A DNA stretch of 32,000 bases from Edaphobacter aggregans (GCF_003945235.1 NZ_RSDW01000001.1:630001-662000), one strand, 5' to 3'; counted from the first letter of the stretch, positions 15,820 through 26,060 are shown. Notes: generated by a model from the letters alone, not told the origin. Program-made: numbers and translations.

Positions 15820-16827
15820 ATGAGTGAATTTCATGGGTTGGCTGTGCATGCGGCCGGTGCACATTTGCTGCCGTATAAGTACGATCCCGGCGAGTTGCTT
15901 GCAGATGAGGTTGAGATCAAAATCTCGCACTGTGGCGTGTGTCATAGCGATATTCATCTGATCGACAACGATTGGGGCTTCAGCAAGTATCCGTTTATTC
16001 CTGGCCATGAGGTCGTGGGGACCGTGGTGGGGGTAGGCAGCGATGTGAAGAGCCACACCGTGGGCCAGCGGGTCGGCGTGGGCTGGCAGTCCGATAGCTG
16101 TGGGATATGCGAGTGGTGCCGACAAGGTGATGAGCATCTCTGCGCGAAGGCTCAGCCGACGTGCGTGGGCCGGAATGGCGGCTATGCGGACCGGATCCGC
16201 GTGAACTGGCGGTTTGCGATTACGATTCCTGACGCGCTGGAGAGCGAGGGCGTGGCTCCGCTGCTTTGCGGGGGGATTACGGTGTATTCGCCACTACGGA
16301 ACCATGGGGTGCGGCCGTCGTCGCGGGTAGGTGTGATTGGGATTGGCGGTTTGGGCCACATGGGTCTGCAGTTTGCCAAGGCGTTCGGCGCTGAGGTGAC
16401 AGCGTTTTCGACCTCGAAGGACAAGGAAGCTGAGGCGCGGGAGCTAGGGGCTCACCAGTTTGTGAATACGCGAGATACGGGCGCGCTGAAGAAGGTTGCG
16501 GGATCATTTGATTTCCTGCTCTCGACGGTGAGCGCGGATCAGGACTGGCAGGGGTATGTGAATGCTCTGCGGCCAAAGGGAATGATGTGTGTGGTTGGGG
16601 TTCCTCCTTCTCCTATTCAGCTTCAGGCATTTGCACTTCTTGGACAGCAGAAGGCGGTTTCGGGAAGCCCTACGGGCAGCCCGCGCGATCTGTACGAGAT
16701 GTTGGATGTGGCGGCTCGCCATGGGGTGAAGGCCATTACGGAGCGGTATGCCATGGCCAAGGCGAACGATGCGGTTGCCAAGGTGAAAAAGAACCAGGTT
16801 CGATACAGAGCCGTTCTGGCGAATTAG
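15820..16827 (+). CDS. Zinc-dependent NAD(P)-alcohol dehydrogenase (cinnamyl-alcohol/YahK-like)
   Basis: CGVCHSDIH and GHEVVG zinc-site motifs, the structural-zinc Cys cluster CGICEWCRQGDEHLC, and the GIGGLGH cofactor loop. Start at ATG 15820 (MSEFHG); the track start at 15700 is an overcall. Confidence 0.9.
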   Translation: MSEFHGLAVHAAGAHLLPYKYDPGELLADEVEIKISHCGVCHSDIHLIDNDWGFSKYPFIPGHEVVGTVVGVGSDVKSHTVGQRVGVGWQSDSCGICEWCRQGDEHLCAKAQPTCVGRNGGYADRIRVNWRFAITIPDALESEGVAPLLCGGITVYSPLRNHGVRPSSRVGVIGIGGLGHMGLQFAKAFGAEVTAFSTSKDKEAEARELGAHQFVNTRDTGALKKVAGSFDFLLSTVSADQDWQGYVNALRPKGMMCVVGVPPSPIQLQAFALLGQQKAVSGSPTGSPRDLYEMLDVAARHGVKAITERYAMAKANDAVAKVKKNQVRYRAVLAN

Positions 16828-16850
16828 TTTTTGGCGTGATTAATCATGTG

Positions 16851-16880
16851 GGCGGAGGCTTCGGCTTCCGCCTTTTTCTT
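16851..16880 (+). terminator. Rho-independent terminator after the dehydrogenase gene
   Basis: GGCGGAGGC-ttcg-GCTTCCGCC (one G-U pair) followed by TTTTTCTT. Confidence 0.75.
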
Positions 16881-16906
16881 CTGCGTGCTTTAGACTCAGG
16901 AACACG

Positions 16907-19126
16907 ATGATGCGACAAGGATTTGTAACGGGTTTGGTTGTGGCGGCTTCCCTGCTGCCTGGATTTTCTGGCGGATTTGCCGAGGCGCAGGGGACGAAGC
17001 TGTGGAGCGTCAGCCGCTACGACGAGATGGAGAAGGGCTCGGCGGATGGAGTGGCGATCCGAAACGATGGGCGGCTCGAAGCTGGGCCGGCTATCTCTCT
17101 GCTGTATGCGACGGGGAAGAACTATGTGTGGTCTCTGGCGGCCGATGCTGCGGGGAATGCATATCTTGGGCTGGGCGGGACGTCCGCTGGATCGGCTGAG
17201 GTGATGCGGGTTTCGCCGGATGGGAAGTCAACGAAGGTCTTCGAGGCGAAGGAACTTGCGGTGCAGGCGCTTCAGGTTGTCGCAGATGGCAGTGTGCTGG
17301 CGGCTACTTCTCCTGATGGTAAGGTCTATCGGATTTCCGCAGGTGGCGGGACGGCGTCGGTGGTGTTCGATCCGAGCGCTACGGAGGAGAAGCCGAAGTA
17401 TCTTTGGGATCTTGCTGTGAGCAAGACGGGCGCTGTCTATGTGGCGGCTGGGGCTCCGGCGGTGGTGTATCGGGTGCCCGCGGGTGGCGGTAAGGCGGAG
17501 GTATTGTTCAAGACCGCCGACCAGCATATCCGGTGCCTGTTGCTGGGAGCGGATGGGATGCTTTGGGCGGGGACAGATGGCGCGGGTGTGATCTACCGGA
17601 TCGACACGAAGGTTGCGGGAGCGAAGCCTTTTGCGGCCTATGCGGCTTCGCGGCGGGAGATTACGGCGCTGGCGATGGATCCTGCAGGGAACGTCTATGC
17701 TTCTGGCGTTGGCGCGAAGGGCGCGATGACATTGCCGCCTCTGCCAGCGACGGGAAATGTGGGCGTGACCGTGACGTTTGTACAGCCGGGGTCTTCGACG
17801 GCGGCTGGTGCGAATACGCTGGTTCCCGATGGAACCGAGATTTATAGGATTGCCACGGATGGGACTCCGCAGAAGCTGCTGACGCTGAAGGATGATGTCG
17901 TCTATGCGCTGACGGTTCGGGATGGGAGTCTGTTGGCGGCTACGGGCAATCGGGGGCGAGTGTATCGGGTGGATGTCGGGATGCCGGGAAGGTTTACGGA
18001 TGTAGCGCATCTAGAGGCGTCGCAGGCTATGGCGTTTGCCGCTGTGAAGGATGGTCTGTTGGTCGCGACGAGTAATAGCGGGAAGGTTTTTCGACTGAAA
18101 GATGTAGTTTCGCAGGATGCGACTTACGTCAGTGATGTGTTTGATGCGCAGGGGTTCTCGCAGTGGGGGCGCGCGGAGGTACGGGGTGGGGCTGCAGCTG
18201 GATTTGATTTGTATGTGCGGAGTGGGAATGTGGAGAGTCCGCTGATGGGGTGGAGTGAGTGGGCTCGGGTGGGGGCGGATGGGGGAGTGAGTGTTCCTGC
18301 GGGGAGATATGTGCAATGGAAGGCGGTGTTGCGGGGTGGCGGTGCGGTGGAATCGGTTGGGTTGAACTATCTGTCGAAGAATATGGCTCCGGTGGTCGAT
18401 GATGTGGTGGTGCAGCCGGGGGCTCGTGTGGCTGCGGGTGGTAGTGCTCCACCGAGCAATACGGTGCAGGTGGCGTTTCCGACGGCTGCGGGAGCTTCGC
18501 CCATGCTGAGTTTTACGCAGGATGCAAGTCTGGCTCCCCTGACCGCACAGAAGGACAAGAACGCTGTTACGGTGCGCTGGCTGGCGCATGACGACAATGG
18601 CGACGACCTGATGTTTTCGGTCTGGTACAAGGGCGTCGGCGAGACAAACTGGCGGTTGCTGAAGGACAAGCTCAGCGACCGGTTCTATAGCTTCGACGCT
18701 TCCCTGCTGCCGGATGGGAGCTATCAGTTGAAGGTGGTGGCTAGTGATGCACCTGAGCATACCGATGCCGATACGCTGTCGGGTGATCGGGTGAGTAGCG
18801 TGTTTGTGGTGGATACCACTCCACCGGTGCCGGGGGCGTTGGCGGCTTCGCTGGTGGCGGGATCGCTGGACAAGATTCATGCGACGCTTGAGGCCCGGGA
18901 TGCTACTTCGCCGATTGCTCATGCGGAGTATTCGATTGATGCCGGGCCGTGGCAGTATCTGGAGCCGGTGGGGAAGGTTTCGGATGCGCTGACGGAGCGG
19001 TATGACTTTACGGTGCCTGTTCCGGCGACGGTTGGGCCGGTCACAAATGCGAAAGAACATGTGCTGGCGGTGCGGGTGTATGACCGCTACGAAAATATGG
19101 CTGCGGTGAAGACGGTCGTTCGGTAA
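16907..19126 (+). CDS. Secreted repeat protein, beta-propeller-like N-terminal half and Ig/FN3-like C-terminal region (function unknown)
   Basis: 739-aa ORF with a signal peptide. It has recurring ...DG.vyaa/...G.vyRi motifs (SPDGKVYRI, GAGVIYRID, NRGRVYRVD, NSGKVFRL). The C-terminal part VTVRWLAHDDNGDDLMFSVWYK...YQLKVVASD resembles an FN3/Ig fold. Confidence 0.7.
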   Translation: MMRQGFVTGLVVAASLLPGFSGGFAEAQGTKLWSVSRYDEMEKGSADGVAIRNDGRLEAGPAISLLYATGKNYVWSLAADAAGNAYLGLGGTSAGSAEVMRVSPDGKSTKVFEAKELAVQALQVVADGSVLAATSPDGKVYRISAGGGTASVVFDPSATEEKPKYLWDLAVSKTGAVYVAAGAPAVVYRVPAGGGKAEVLFKTADQHIRCLLLGADGMLWAGTDGAGVIYRIDTKVAGAKPFAAYAASRREITALAMDPAGNVYASGVGAKGAMTLPPLPATGNVGVTVTFVQPGSSTAAGANTLVPDGTEIYRIATDGTPQKLLTLKDDVVYALTVRDGSLLAATGNRGRVYRVDVGMPGRFTDVAHLEASQAMAFAAVKDGLLVATSNSGKVFRLKDVVSQDATYVSDVFDAQGFSQWGRAEVRGGAAAGFDLYVRSGNVESPLMGWSEWARVGADGGVSVPAGRYVQWKAVLRGGGAVESVGLNYLSKNMAPVVDDVVVQPGARVAAGGSAPPSNTVQVAFPTAAGASPMLSFTQDASLAPLTAQKDKNAVTVRWLAHDDNGDDLMFSVWYKGVGETNWRLLKDKLSDRFYSFDASLLPDGSYQLKVVASDAPEHTDADTLSGDRVSSVFVVDTTPPVPGALAASLVAGSLDKIHATLEARDATSPIAHAEYSIDAGPWQYLEPVGKVSDALTERYDFTVPVPATVGPVTNAKEHVLAVRVYDRYENMAAVKTVVR

Positions 19127-19157
19127 CGGGAGAGGCGGATAGTAAGCTGGGAAACCG

Positions 19158-20408
19158 ATGCGATTTGAACTGTTTATTGCGGCGCGGTATCTGCGGGCCA
19201 AGCGGCGGCAGGCGGTGGTGGGGGTAATTACCGCGATCTCCGTGATCGGGGTGGCGGCTGGCGTGGCTGCGCTGATTATTGCGCTGGCGATTACGAATGG
19301 GATGCGGCGGGATTTGCAGGAGCGGCTGGTGGGGTCGACCGCGCACGTGGTGCTGATGCGGGTGGCGGCGGATGGGATGCGAGATTGGCGGCCTCTGCTG
19401 GAACGGCTGCGGAAGGTGCCGCATGTGACGGCGGCGGCTCCGGGGCTTTATGGGCAGGTGTTGATCTCGCGGGGGGCGAGGAGTGGTGGGGCGTTGATCA
19501 AGGGGATAATCCCTGCGGATGAGAAGACGGTGGGGGATTTGCTGCAGGCGACTAAGGAGGGGTCGGCGGATGCCCTAGCGAGCCAGCCAGTCAGCGAGGC
19601 AGCGGGGCAACGGGCTGTGCCTCCGATTGTGATTGGGGGTGATCTGGCGGAGACGCTTGGGGCGAGGGTGGGGGATACGGTGCTGGTGACTAGTCCGCAG
19701 GGTGAGTTGACTCCGCTGGGATTGGTGCCTCGGTATCAGCGGTTCACTGTGGTGGGGATCTTTAAGTCGGGGTTTTATCAGTATGACTCGAGCTATGCGT
19801 TTACTCGGCTGGCGGATGCTCAGCGACTGTTTAGCGAGCCGGATCTGATCTCGGTGATCAGCTTCAAGGTAGATGATCTTTATCGCGCCGATGTGGTTGG
19901 GCAGGCGATTGAGGCTGAGGCGGGTAAGGGATTTCAGACGACAAACTGGATGGAGCAGAATCGCGAACTGTTCCGAGCGTTGAAGCTGGAGCAGGTGGTG
20001 ACGTTTATTGTGCTGGCGCTGATTGTTTGCGTCGCCGCGCTGAATATTCTGATTGCGCTGACCATGATGGTGATGGAGAAGACTCGTGATATTGCCGTAC
20101 TGATGAGCTTTGGGGTGCGGGCGGAGCAGGTGCGGCGGATTTTTCTGCTGCAGGGTTTGTTGATCTCGATTATTGGTACGGTGCTGGGGTTGATTGTGGG
20201 GTATTCACTGAGCTGGGCAGGTGGGCACTACCGGTTTATTCATCTGGATGCGGCGGTTTATTCGATTGATTATCTGCCGTTTGCGCCGCGAGTTTTAGAT
20301 GCCGTGATTGTGGCGGCTGTGTCGCTGGGGGTTAGTTTAGTGGCTACGATTTATCCGAGTGGAAGTGCGGCGAAGGTGCTACCTGCGGAGGCCTTGCGGT
20401 ATGAATAA
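19158..20408 (+). CDS. lolE: Lipoprotein-releasing system permease, LolC/LolE family (FtsX-type)
   Basis: MRFELFIAARYLRAKRRQAVVGVITAISVIGVAAGVAALI is the canonical LolC/E N-terminus. The ORF has a periplasmic MacB-like domain and a C-terminal FtsX 3-TM bundle. Confidence 0.9.
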   Translation: MRFELFIAARYLRAKRRQAVVGVITAISVIGVAAGVAALIIALAITNGMRRDLQERLVGSTAHVVLMRVAADGMRDWRPLLERLRKVPHVTAAAPGLYGQVLISRGARSGGALIKGIIPADEKTVGDLLQATKEGSADALASQPVSEAAGQRAVPPIVIGGDLAETLGARVGDTVLVTSPQGELTPLGLVPRYQRFTVVGIFKSGFYQYDSSYAFTRLADAQRLFSEPDLISVISFKVDDLYRADVVGQAIEAEAGKGFQTTNWMEQNRELFRALKLEQVVTFIVLALIVCVAALNILIALTMMVMEKTRDIAVLMSFGVRAEQVRRIFLLQGLLISIIGTVLGLIVGYSLSWAGGHYRFIHLDAAVYSIDYLPFAPRVLDAVIVAAVSLGVSLVATIYPSGSAAKVLPAEALRYE

Positions 20409-21336
20409 ACCAATTTTTGCCACGATTGTGTTCGTTCTGATGGTTGTATCTGTCCTTGGTCAAGGGCCAAACGAAGGGTACGTGATGGAAAGTGAAGCCA
20501 CCCGCCACCTTCTTGCACATATGGATCCTATCTACCCTGCCATCGCTAAAGCAGCCCATGTGCAGGGAAATGTTCTGCTACACGCCGACGTGACCGAGCA
20601 TGGAACTGTAACGAAGGTTGAGGTGATTGGTGGTCCGCCGATGCTGCGGCAGTCTGCTATAGACGCTGTCAAGCATTGGACTTACAGTCCATTTGAAGTC
20701 AATGGCGTCGCTAGCAAAGTTCAGATCGTCGTATCAGTTGCATTCTCGCTCGGTATTCCGCCAGCCACCGAAAAAAGCGACGACGCGATAGGTCAGGCAT
20801 ATTTTCCGAAGGCAACAGAGTGTCGGGCTGCAAATGCGTCCGGGCGCTGGAGCGAGGCTGTGAAATCTTGCGGAGACCTAACCCTCATTGCAGATCGTTT
20901 TCCCGATCCTTCGATGCGAGCCAACGAGATCCGTGGAGCTCATCAGGAGTACGGCGAGGCGCTGGCATTTTCAGGCGATCTTACAACGGCCTTGGCGGAG
21001 TTTCATCGAATAACCGAACTTGCGGAAAAGTCTTTGACGTCGAAAGACGCTGAGTACGGAACGGCCTATTACTGGCAGGCGTTTGCTGAACACGCGTCAA
21101 AGATGCCTGTCGAAGCGGACCACGACTATAACGTCGCCGAAGATAGTTATCGCAAGGCTATGGTGAACCTTCCCGATATGAAACAAATCTATGGGCGTTA
21201 CCTCGCCCATACCCTTGTCTATCACTCAGTCTTGGCGAAGCAGACTGGACGCGATGAAGTTGCCGCGAAGATGCAAGCGGAAGCGCTGCAGCTTGATCCC
21301 AAAGCATTGGATGGACTCGGGGGGAAGAAATCATGA
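20401..21336 (+). CDS. TonB C-terminal-domain protein with TPR-like helical C-terminal half
   Basis: Start at ATG 20401 (MNKPIFATIVFVLMVV), overlapping the lolE stop by 8 nt. YPAIAKAAHVQGNVLLHADVTEHGTVTKVEVIGGPPMLRQSAIDAVKHWTYSPF matches the TonB_C pattern. Confidence 0.7.
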   Translation: MNKPIFATIVFVLMVVSVLGQGPNEGYVMESEATRHLLAHMDPIYPAIAKAAHVQGNVLLHADVTEHGTVTKVEVIGGPPMLRQSAIDAVKHWTYSPFEVNGVASKVQIVVSVAFSLGIPPATEKSDDAIGQAYFPKATECRAANASGRWSEAVKSCGDLTLIADRFPDPSMRANEIRGAHQEYGEALAFSGDLTTALAEFHRITELAEKSLTSKDAEYGTAYYWQAFAEHASKMPVEADHDYNVAEDSYRKAMVNLPDMKQIYGRYLAHTLVYHSVLAKQTGRDEVAAKMQAEALQLDPKALDGLGGKKS

Positions 21337-21797
21337 GTGAACCGCGATTGAAGTATGGGCAGCTGGCTCCCGAGAGCCTCGCGAAGATGCGGGAGTTGGA
21401 ACACTATCTGAATACAGGTACGGGCTTCGAGACTTCGCTGAGGGAGTTGGTGCGGCTGCGGGTTTCGGTGATGAATGGATGTGAGTACTGTGTCACGTTG
21501 CATACCTCAGAGTTGAAGAAGGCGGGGGAGACGGACGAGAGGATCGCCGAGGTGGTCGAGTGGCGAAACTCTGATCTTTATACGAAGCGGGAGCGGGCGG
21601 CGCTGGCGTGGGCTGAGGCACTGACGAATATTCAGGACGGGCATGCTCCTGATGTGCTGTATGACGCAGTGCGGGCGCAGTTCAGTGATGTGGAGACGGT
21701 GAATCTGACGCTGGTGATTACGACGATCAATGCCTGGAACAGGATTTCGATTGCGCTGGGGTCGCACTCGCACCGGAATGCTGGGGTGAAGTCTTGA
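21333..21797 (+). CDS. Carboxymuconolactone decarboxylase (AhpD-like) family protein
   Basis: RVSVMNGCEYCVTLH contains the CxxC of the AhpD/CMD fold, and ERAALAWAEALT is family-typical. ATGA overlap with the upstream gene. Confidence 0.85.
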   Translation: MSEPRLKYGQLAPESLAKMRELEHYLNTGTGFETSLRELVRLRVSVMNGCEYCVTLHTSELKKAGETDERIAEVVEWRNSDLYTKRERAALAWAEALTNIQDGHAPDVLYDAVRAQFSDVETVNLTLVITTINAWNRISIALGSHSHRNAGVKS

Positions 21798-22552
21798 GCG
21801 GGGGTGGCGTTTCGTTCGAAGACGGCTCGCTACAACCCTTACCCGCGATGATTGGTCGGAAAGTGGTGCTGCGCGCTGAGGGCTTGACGAAGATTTATGC
21901 GGCGGTGTCGGAGTCGGGGCGCGGTGGTTTGGAGCTGTTTCGTGGGTTGGATCTGACAGTCTTTGAGGGCGATATGGTCGCGATTGTGGGGGAGAGCGGC
22001 GCGGGTAAGAGTACGCTGCTGCATCTGCTGGCTGCGCTGGATAAGCCGACCGCCGGTGAGGTTTGGTGCGGGGAGAGCCGGTTGAGCTCGTTGACGGCGA
22101 ATCAGGCTGCGGATTTTCGGAATCGCGATGTGGGGTATGTGTGGCAGTTTCATTACCTGCTGCCAGAGTTTACGGCGGCGGAGAATGTCGCTATGCCGCT
22201 GCTGGCTCGGGCGATGGGTCGGGTTTCGGCTTTGGAGCGGGCGCGGTACTGGCTGGGTGAGGTGGGGTTGGCGTCGCGGGAGAAGCATCGGTCGGGCGAG
22301 TTGAGCGGGGGGGAGCAGCAGCGGGTGAGTCTGGCGCGGGCGCTGGTGACGGAACCGAAGATTCTGCTGGCTGATGAGCCTACCGGGGATCTGGATGGGA
22401 AGACTGCGGAGGGGGTTTTTGAGCTGATTCAGGGGCTGCATCAGGCCCATGGTCTGACGAGCGTTCTGGTGACGCATAATCTTGATTTTGCAGGGCGTTG
22501 CGGGCGGGTTCTGCGGCTGCGCGAGGGGCGGTTGGAACAAGTAGTGATTTAG
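21794..22552 (+). CDS. lolD: Lipoprotein-releasing system ATP-binding protein LolD
   Basis: Walker A GESGAGKST, signature LSGGEQQRV, Walker B LLADEPTGDLD, and the LolD-type FRNRDVGYVWQFHYLLPEFTAAENV region. The start is uncertain: TTG 21794 (TTGA overlap with the upstream stop) or ATG 21848. Confidence 0.85.
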   Translation: MSGGGVSFEDGSLQPLPAMIGRKVVLRAEGLTKIYAAVSESGRGGLELFRGLDLTVFEGDMVAIVGESGAGKSTLLHLLAALDKPTAGEVWCGESRLSSLTANQAADFRNRDVGYVWQFHYLLPEFTAAENVAMPLLARAMGRVSALERARYWLGEVGLASREKHRSGELSGGEQQRVSLARALVTEPKILLADEPTGDLDGKTAEGVFELIQGLHQAHGLTSVLVTHNLDFAGRCGRVLRLREGRLEQVVI

Positions 22553-22828
22553 CGCATCTAAATAGGAAAGCACCGTAGAGGGTGCAATGCACCTAATTTG
22601 GTGCTCGTTTTGCACAACAGGCGTCTAAAAAGATGCTAGGGTATCCATAACTTTCGAGGGATTTTCATATAAGTTGGGCAGGCGACTACACTGTAAGGAA
22701 AGTGGGATGGATGCTTCGCAGTTTGAGGTAGCCTGATTTGTCTTCGTGAGCACGCAGCACGGAGATGGTATGGGACCAATGGCGCTACCTGGCCTTCGGG
22801 CTGGGGAGTTGCCGGCTTGAGGGGGAAC

Positions 22829-25297
22829 ATGTTCGAACGCTATACAGAGAAGGCGCGACGGGTCATCTTCTTTGCGCGGTATGAGGCCAGCCAGTTTGGC
22901 TCGCCTTATATCGAGACGGAGCACCTGTTGCTGGGGCTACTGCGTGAGGACAAGGCGCTAACGAATCGCTTTTTGCGGTCGCATGCGTCGGTGGAATCGA
23001 TACGGAAACAGATTGAAGGACATACAACGATTCGGGAGAAAGTGTCGACTTCGGTCGATCTGCCGCTTTCGAATGAGTGCAAGCGCGTGCTGGCATATGC
23101 GGCTGAGGAGGCTGAGCGGCTCTCGCATAAGCATATCGGGACGGAGCATTTGCTGCTTGGTCTGCTGCGCGAGGAGAAGTGCTTTGCAGCGGAGATTCTG
23201 CAGGAGCGTGGGCTCAGGCTGCCTGCAATTCGTGAGGAGTTGCAGCGGACGACGCAGGAGAAGGCTCCTACGGCACAGAGCGGAAAGGGTCAGCGGAGTG
23301 AGCAGAGCATGCTGGCGGAGTTCTCGCGTGATTTGACACAGTCGGCGCTGGATCAGCAGCTTGATCCATTGGTTGGGCGCGATGCCGAGGTGGATCGTGT
23401 CATTCAGATTCTTTGCCGACGGACGAAGAATAATCCTGTGCTGATTGGCGAGCCGGGTGTTGGTAAGACGGCTATCGTGGAAGGGCTGGCGCAGAAGATT
23501 GCCGACGGCGAGGTGCCGAGCTTCCTTGCGGATAAGCGAGTGCTCGCGCTGGATCTTTCGCTGATCGTTGCGGGAACGAAGTATCGCGGGCAGTTTGAAG
23601 AGCGGTTGAAGACGATTATGAAGGAGCTGATGGAGAATCAGAACTCCATTGTGTTCATCGACGAGCTACATACGCTGGTGGGCGCTGGGTCGGCGGAGGG
23701 TTCGCTGGATGCAGCGAACATTCTGAAGCCTGCGTTGAGCCGTGGCGAGATTCAGTGCATTGGCGCGACTACTCCTGCGGAGTATCGGAAGTCTATTGAG
23801 AAGGATCGGTCTTTGGAGCGGCGGTTCCAGGCTGTGAAGGTGCCTCCGCCGAATGAGGAAGACGCGGTCAAGATCATCATGGGGATTAAGGACAAGTATG
23901 AGAAGTTTCATGCTGTCAGCTATACCGATGATGCGATCACTTTCTCGGTGTCGCACTCTAGCCGGTATATTCCGGATCGGTTCTTGCCAGACAAGGCGAT
24001 TGATTTGATCGATGAAGCTGGCGCACGCGTGAAGCTGCGGCAGACTTCCCTGCCAGAAGAGTTGACCGAGGTCCAGAAGCGGATCAAGTTTATCGTGCAC
24101 CGCATGGAGAACGCGATTGCGAATCATGAGTTCGAGAAGGCGCGGTTCTACTCGGACGAGGAGCGCAAGGAGCGGGAGAATCTGCGGGCGCTGCGGGACA
24201 AGTATCACCTGGATGATTCGTCGGCGGGCATTGTGACACGCGAGGATATCGAGGATGTCGTGAGCCGCTGGACGGGTGTTCCTGTGACTTCGCTGAAGGA
24301 AGAGGAGACGCAGCGGTTGCTTCGTGTAGAGGAAGAGCTGCACAAGCGCGTGATCTCGCAGGACAAGGCGATCTCGGCGCTGGCGCGTGCGATTCGTCGG
24401 TCTCGTGCGGGTCTCAAGAATCCGGCGCGGCCGATTGGAAGCTTCCTGTTCCTTGGGCCTACGGGCGTCGGTAAGACGGAGATGGCGCGGACGCTCGCGC
24501 AGTTCCTGTTCGGCAGCGAGAAGGCGCTGATCCGGTTCGATATGTCGGAGTTCATGGAGAAGCACTCTGTGAGCAAACTGATCGGTTCACCTCCGGGATA
24601 TGTGGGCTACGAAGAGGGCGGTCAGCTTACCGAGCGGGTAAAGCGCAATCCGTACTGCGTTGTGCTGCTGGATGAGATCGAGAAGGCGCATCCTGATGTC
24701 TTCAATCTGCTGCTGCAGGTGTTTGAGGATGGTCAGTTGACGGATGGCCTGGGCAACACGGTCGACTACAAGAACACGATCATCATCATGACCTCGAACA
24801 TTGGGGCGAAGCACCTGCAGAAGCGACAGGGGCTCGGCTTCCAGAGCGAGAAGGAAGACATGGTGATGGACAAGATGGAGGAACTGGTGCGGGGCGAGGT
24901 CAAGCGGACCTTCAACCCGGAGTTCCTGAACCGTCTGGACGAGATCATCATCTTCACGTCGCTGTCGGATCAGGACCTGATGCAGATCCTCGAACTGCTG
25001 GTGCAACAGCTGAACACGAACCTGGTGCACAAGGCGATCACGATCTCGGTAACCGACGAGGCGAAGAAGTGGATCATCGAGAAGACGGCTTCAGATCGCA
25101 CGTATGGGGCTCGTCCTCTGCGTCGCGCGCTGCAGAAGTTCGTCGAGGATCCGCTGTCGGAAGCTTTGATCGGCGGCGGTATCGCTCAGCGGCCTGCTTT
25201 CCTCGAGGTCTACATGGAGAACAATGCGCTGTACTACCGGCCAGTCGCGGCAGACGGCGAAGAGAAGGTTGCGGGGCTTGCACTGACCGCGGTTTAG
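22829..25297 (+). CDS. clpC: ATP-dependent Clp protease ATP-binding subunit ClpC (class I AAA+, two NBDs, UVR motif)
   Basis: [20 protein letters not shown] Clp_N repeats, Walker A motifs GEPGVGKT and GPTGVGKT, and the UVR-like linker [19 protein letters not shown]. Start at ATG 22829. Confidence 0.92.
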   Translation: MFERYTEKARRVIFFARYEASQFGSPYIETEHLLLGLLREDKALTNRFLRSHASVESIRKQIEGHTTIREKVSTSVDLPLSNECKRVLAYAAEEAERLSHKHIGTEHLLLGLLREEKCFAAEILQERGLRLPAIREELQRTTQEKAPTAQSGKGQRSEQSMLAEFSRDLTQSALDQQLDPLVGRDAEVDRVIQILCRRTKNNPVLIGEPGVGKTAIVEGLAQKIADGEVPSFLADKRVLALDLSLIVAGTKYRGQFEERLKTIMKELMENQNSIVFIDELHTLVGAGSAEGSLDAANILKPALSRGEIQCIGATTPAEYRKSIEKDRSLERRFQAVKVPPPNEEDAVKIIMGIKDKYEKFHAVSYTDDAITFSVSHSSRYIPDRFLPDKAIDLIDEAGARVKLRQTSLPEELTEVQKRIKFIVHRMENAIANHEFEKARFYSDEERKERENLRALRDKYHLDDSSAGIVTREDIEDVVSRWTGVPVTSLKEEETQRLLRVEEELHKRVISQDKAISALARAIRRSRAGLKNPARPIGSFLFLGPTGVGKTEMARTLAQFLFGSEKALIRFDMSEFMEKHSVSKLIGSPPGYVGYEEGGQLTERVKRNPYCVVLLDEIEKAHPDVFNLLLQVFEDGQLTDGLGNTVDYKNTIIIMTSNIGAKHLQKRQGLGFQSEKEDMVMDKMEELVRGEVKRTFNPEFLNRLDEIIIFTSLSDQDLMQILELLVQQLNTNLVHKAITISVTDEAKKWIIEKTASDRTYGARPLRRALQKFVEDPLSEALIGGGIAQRPAFLEVYMENNALYYRPVAADGEEKVAGLALTAV

Positions 25298-25316
25298 TTC
25301 GAATAACCGTTAGAAC

Positions 25317-25348
25317 AATATGCCCCGGCGATGTTGCCGGGGCATATT
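25317..25348 (+). terminator. Strong hairpin after clpC (probable terminator, weak U-tract)
   Basis: AATATGCCCCGGC-gatgtt-GCCGGGGCATATT, a perfect 13-bp stem starting 20 nt after the clpC stop. Only GCTTT follows. Confidence 0.5.
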
Positions 25349-25371
25349 GCTTTAACGGAAGTTCTTAAGCG

Positions 25372-25399
25372 AGACGTCCCGGCCTGAACCGGGACGTCT
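25372..25399 (-). terminator. Hairpin after the YtxH gene (probable terminator, no clear U-tract)
   Basis: AGACGTCCCGG-6 nt-CCGGGACGTCT, a perfect 11-bp stem 17 nt downstream of the - strand stop at 25416. Confidence 0.4.
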
Positions 25400-25415
25400 T
25401 GTTACACGGTGAAAT

Positions 25416-25712
25416 CTAGACGAGTGATTGAGCATTCTTTACTGCACTCGAGACGACATCACCGGCTTTGTCCACCACTGAATCTACCTGATCTTTGGCA
25501 CGCTGTACGGCCTTGTGCGCTTCTGAGGCGAACCGCTCGGCCTGGGATTTCAGATAATCGCCAGCATCTTCGAGGTAGTCTCCCGCGTCTTCAACACCTT
25601 TGCGGAGTTGCTTACGTGTCTTTGCGCCGCTCTGAGGAGCACATAGGAGCGCGACGGCAGCTCCGGCGGAGGCTCCTATCAAAAAAGCCAACCAGTAGTT
25701 CTTAGCGCCCAT
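25416..25712 (-). CDS. YtxH domain-containing membrane-anchored protein
   Basis: 98 aa. N-terminal WLAFLIGASAGAAVALLCAPQSGAKTRKQL is the YtxH signature, followed by a helical Ala/Asp/Lys-rich tail. Confidence 0.85.
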   Translation of the reverse strand: MGAKNYWLAFLIGASAGAAVALLCAPQSGAKTRKQLRKGVEDAGDYLEDAGDYLKSQAERFASEAHKAVQRAKDQVDSVVDKAGDVVSSAVKNAQSLV

Positions 25713-25883
25713 GCAAGATACCTCTTTCCTAAATTTCTCCTACTGTTCTTTAGGATTCAGGCAGTTGTGCATTGGTTGGCTTCCGACGTGAACCATTGCC
25801 GGTAATGGCTAAGGCAATGCCTTGCTTGAGATAGGCTCAGCGAATCACATTTTTGCAGGCTACAGTTGGCCTTGAGGTGATGT

Positions 25884-25979
25884 GTGAAAGAGATTCTGAT
25901 TGCGCTGTTTTTCCTTGCGCTGGTGGTGGCACCGGCGTTTGCTGCCTTGAATGTTTTCACCGAAAAGAATCGGCTTTAG
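25884..25979 (+). CDS. Candidate 31-aa small hydrophobic protein (speculative)
   Basis: The GTG start is preceded by GAGGTGA. It encodes MKEILIALFFLALVVAPAFAALNVFTEKNRL, which looks like a signal peptide or single TM helix. It is below the ORF-track length cutoff, and a + strand hairpin with a T8 run follows at 26061-26097. Confidence 0.25.
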   Translation: MKEILIALFFLALVVAPAFAALNVFTEKNRL

Positions 25980-26060
25980 ATTAGAGGACCGGGAAGAAGT
26001 CTGATTCGACAGGGAGAGATTTCCTCAAGGACTAAAGTCCCTTGACTTGATTCCATTTGT

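Noticed and set aside
17228-19201. Two long - strand ORFs (260 and 396 aa) opposite the beta-propeller gene
   Set aside because: These are the same kind of GC-driven antisense artefact (runs of R, P, H, Q). The + strand frame encodes a signal peptide and regular repeats.
21839-22615. 258-aa - strand ORF opposite lolD; also 23666-24565 opposite clpC, 28320-28973 opposite tig, 29866-30570 opposite clpP, 31156-31998 opposite clpX and 9263-10111 opposite the ABC ATPase
   Set aside because: All lie antisense to genes with unmistakable conserved motifs. Their composition is typical of shadow ORFs in GC-rich DNA.
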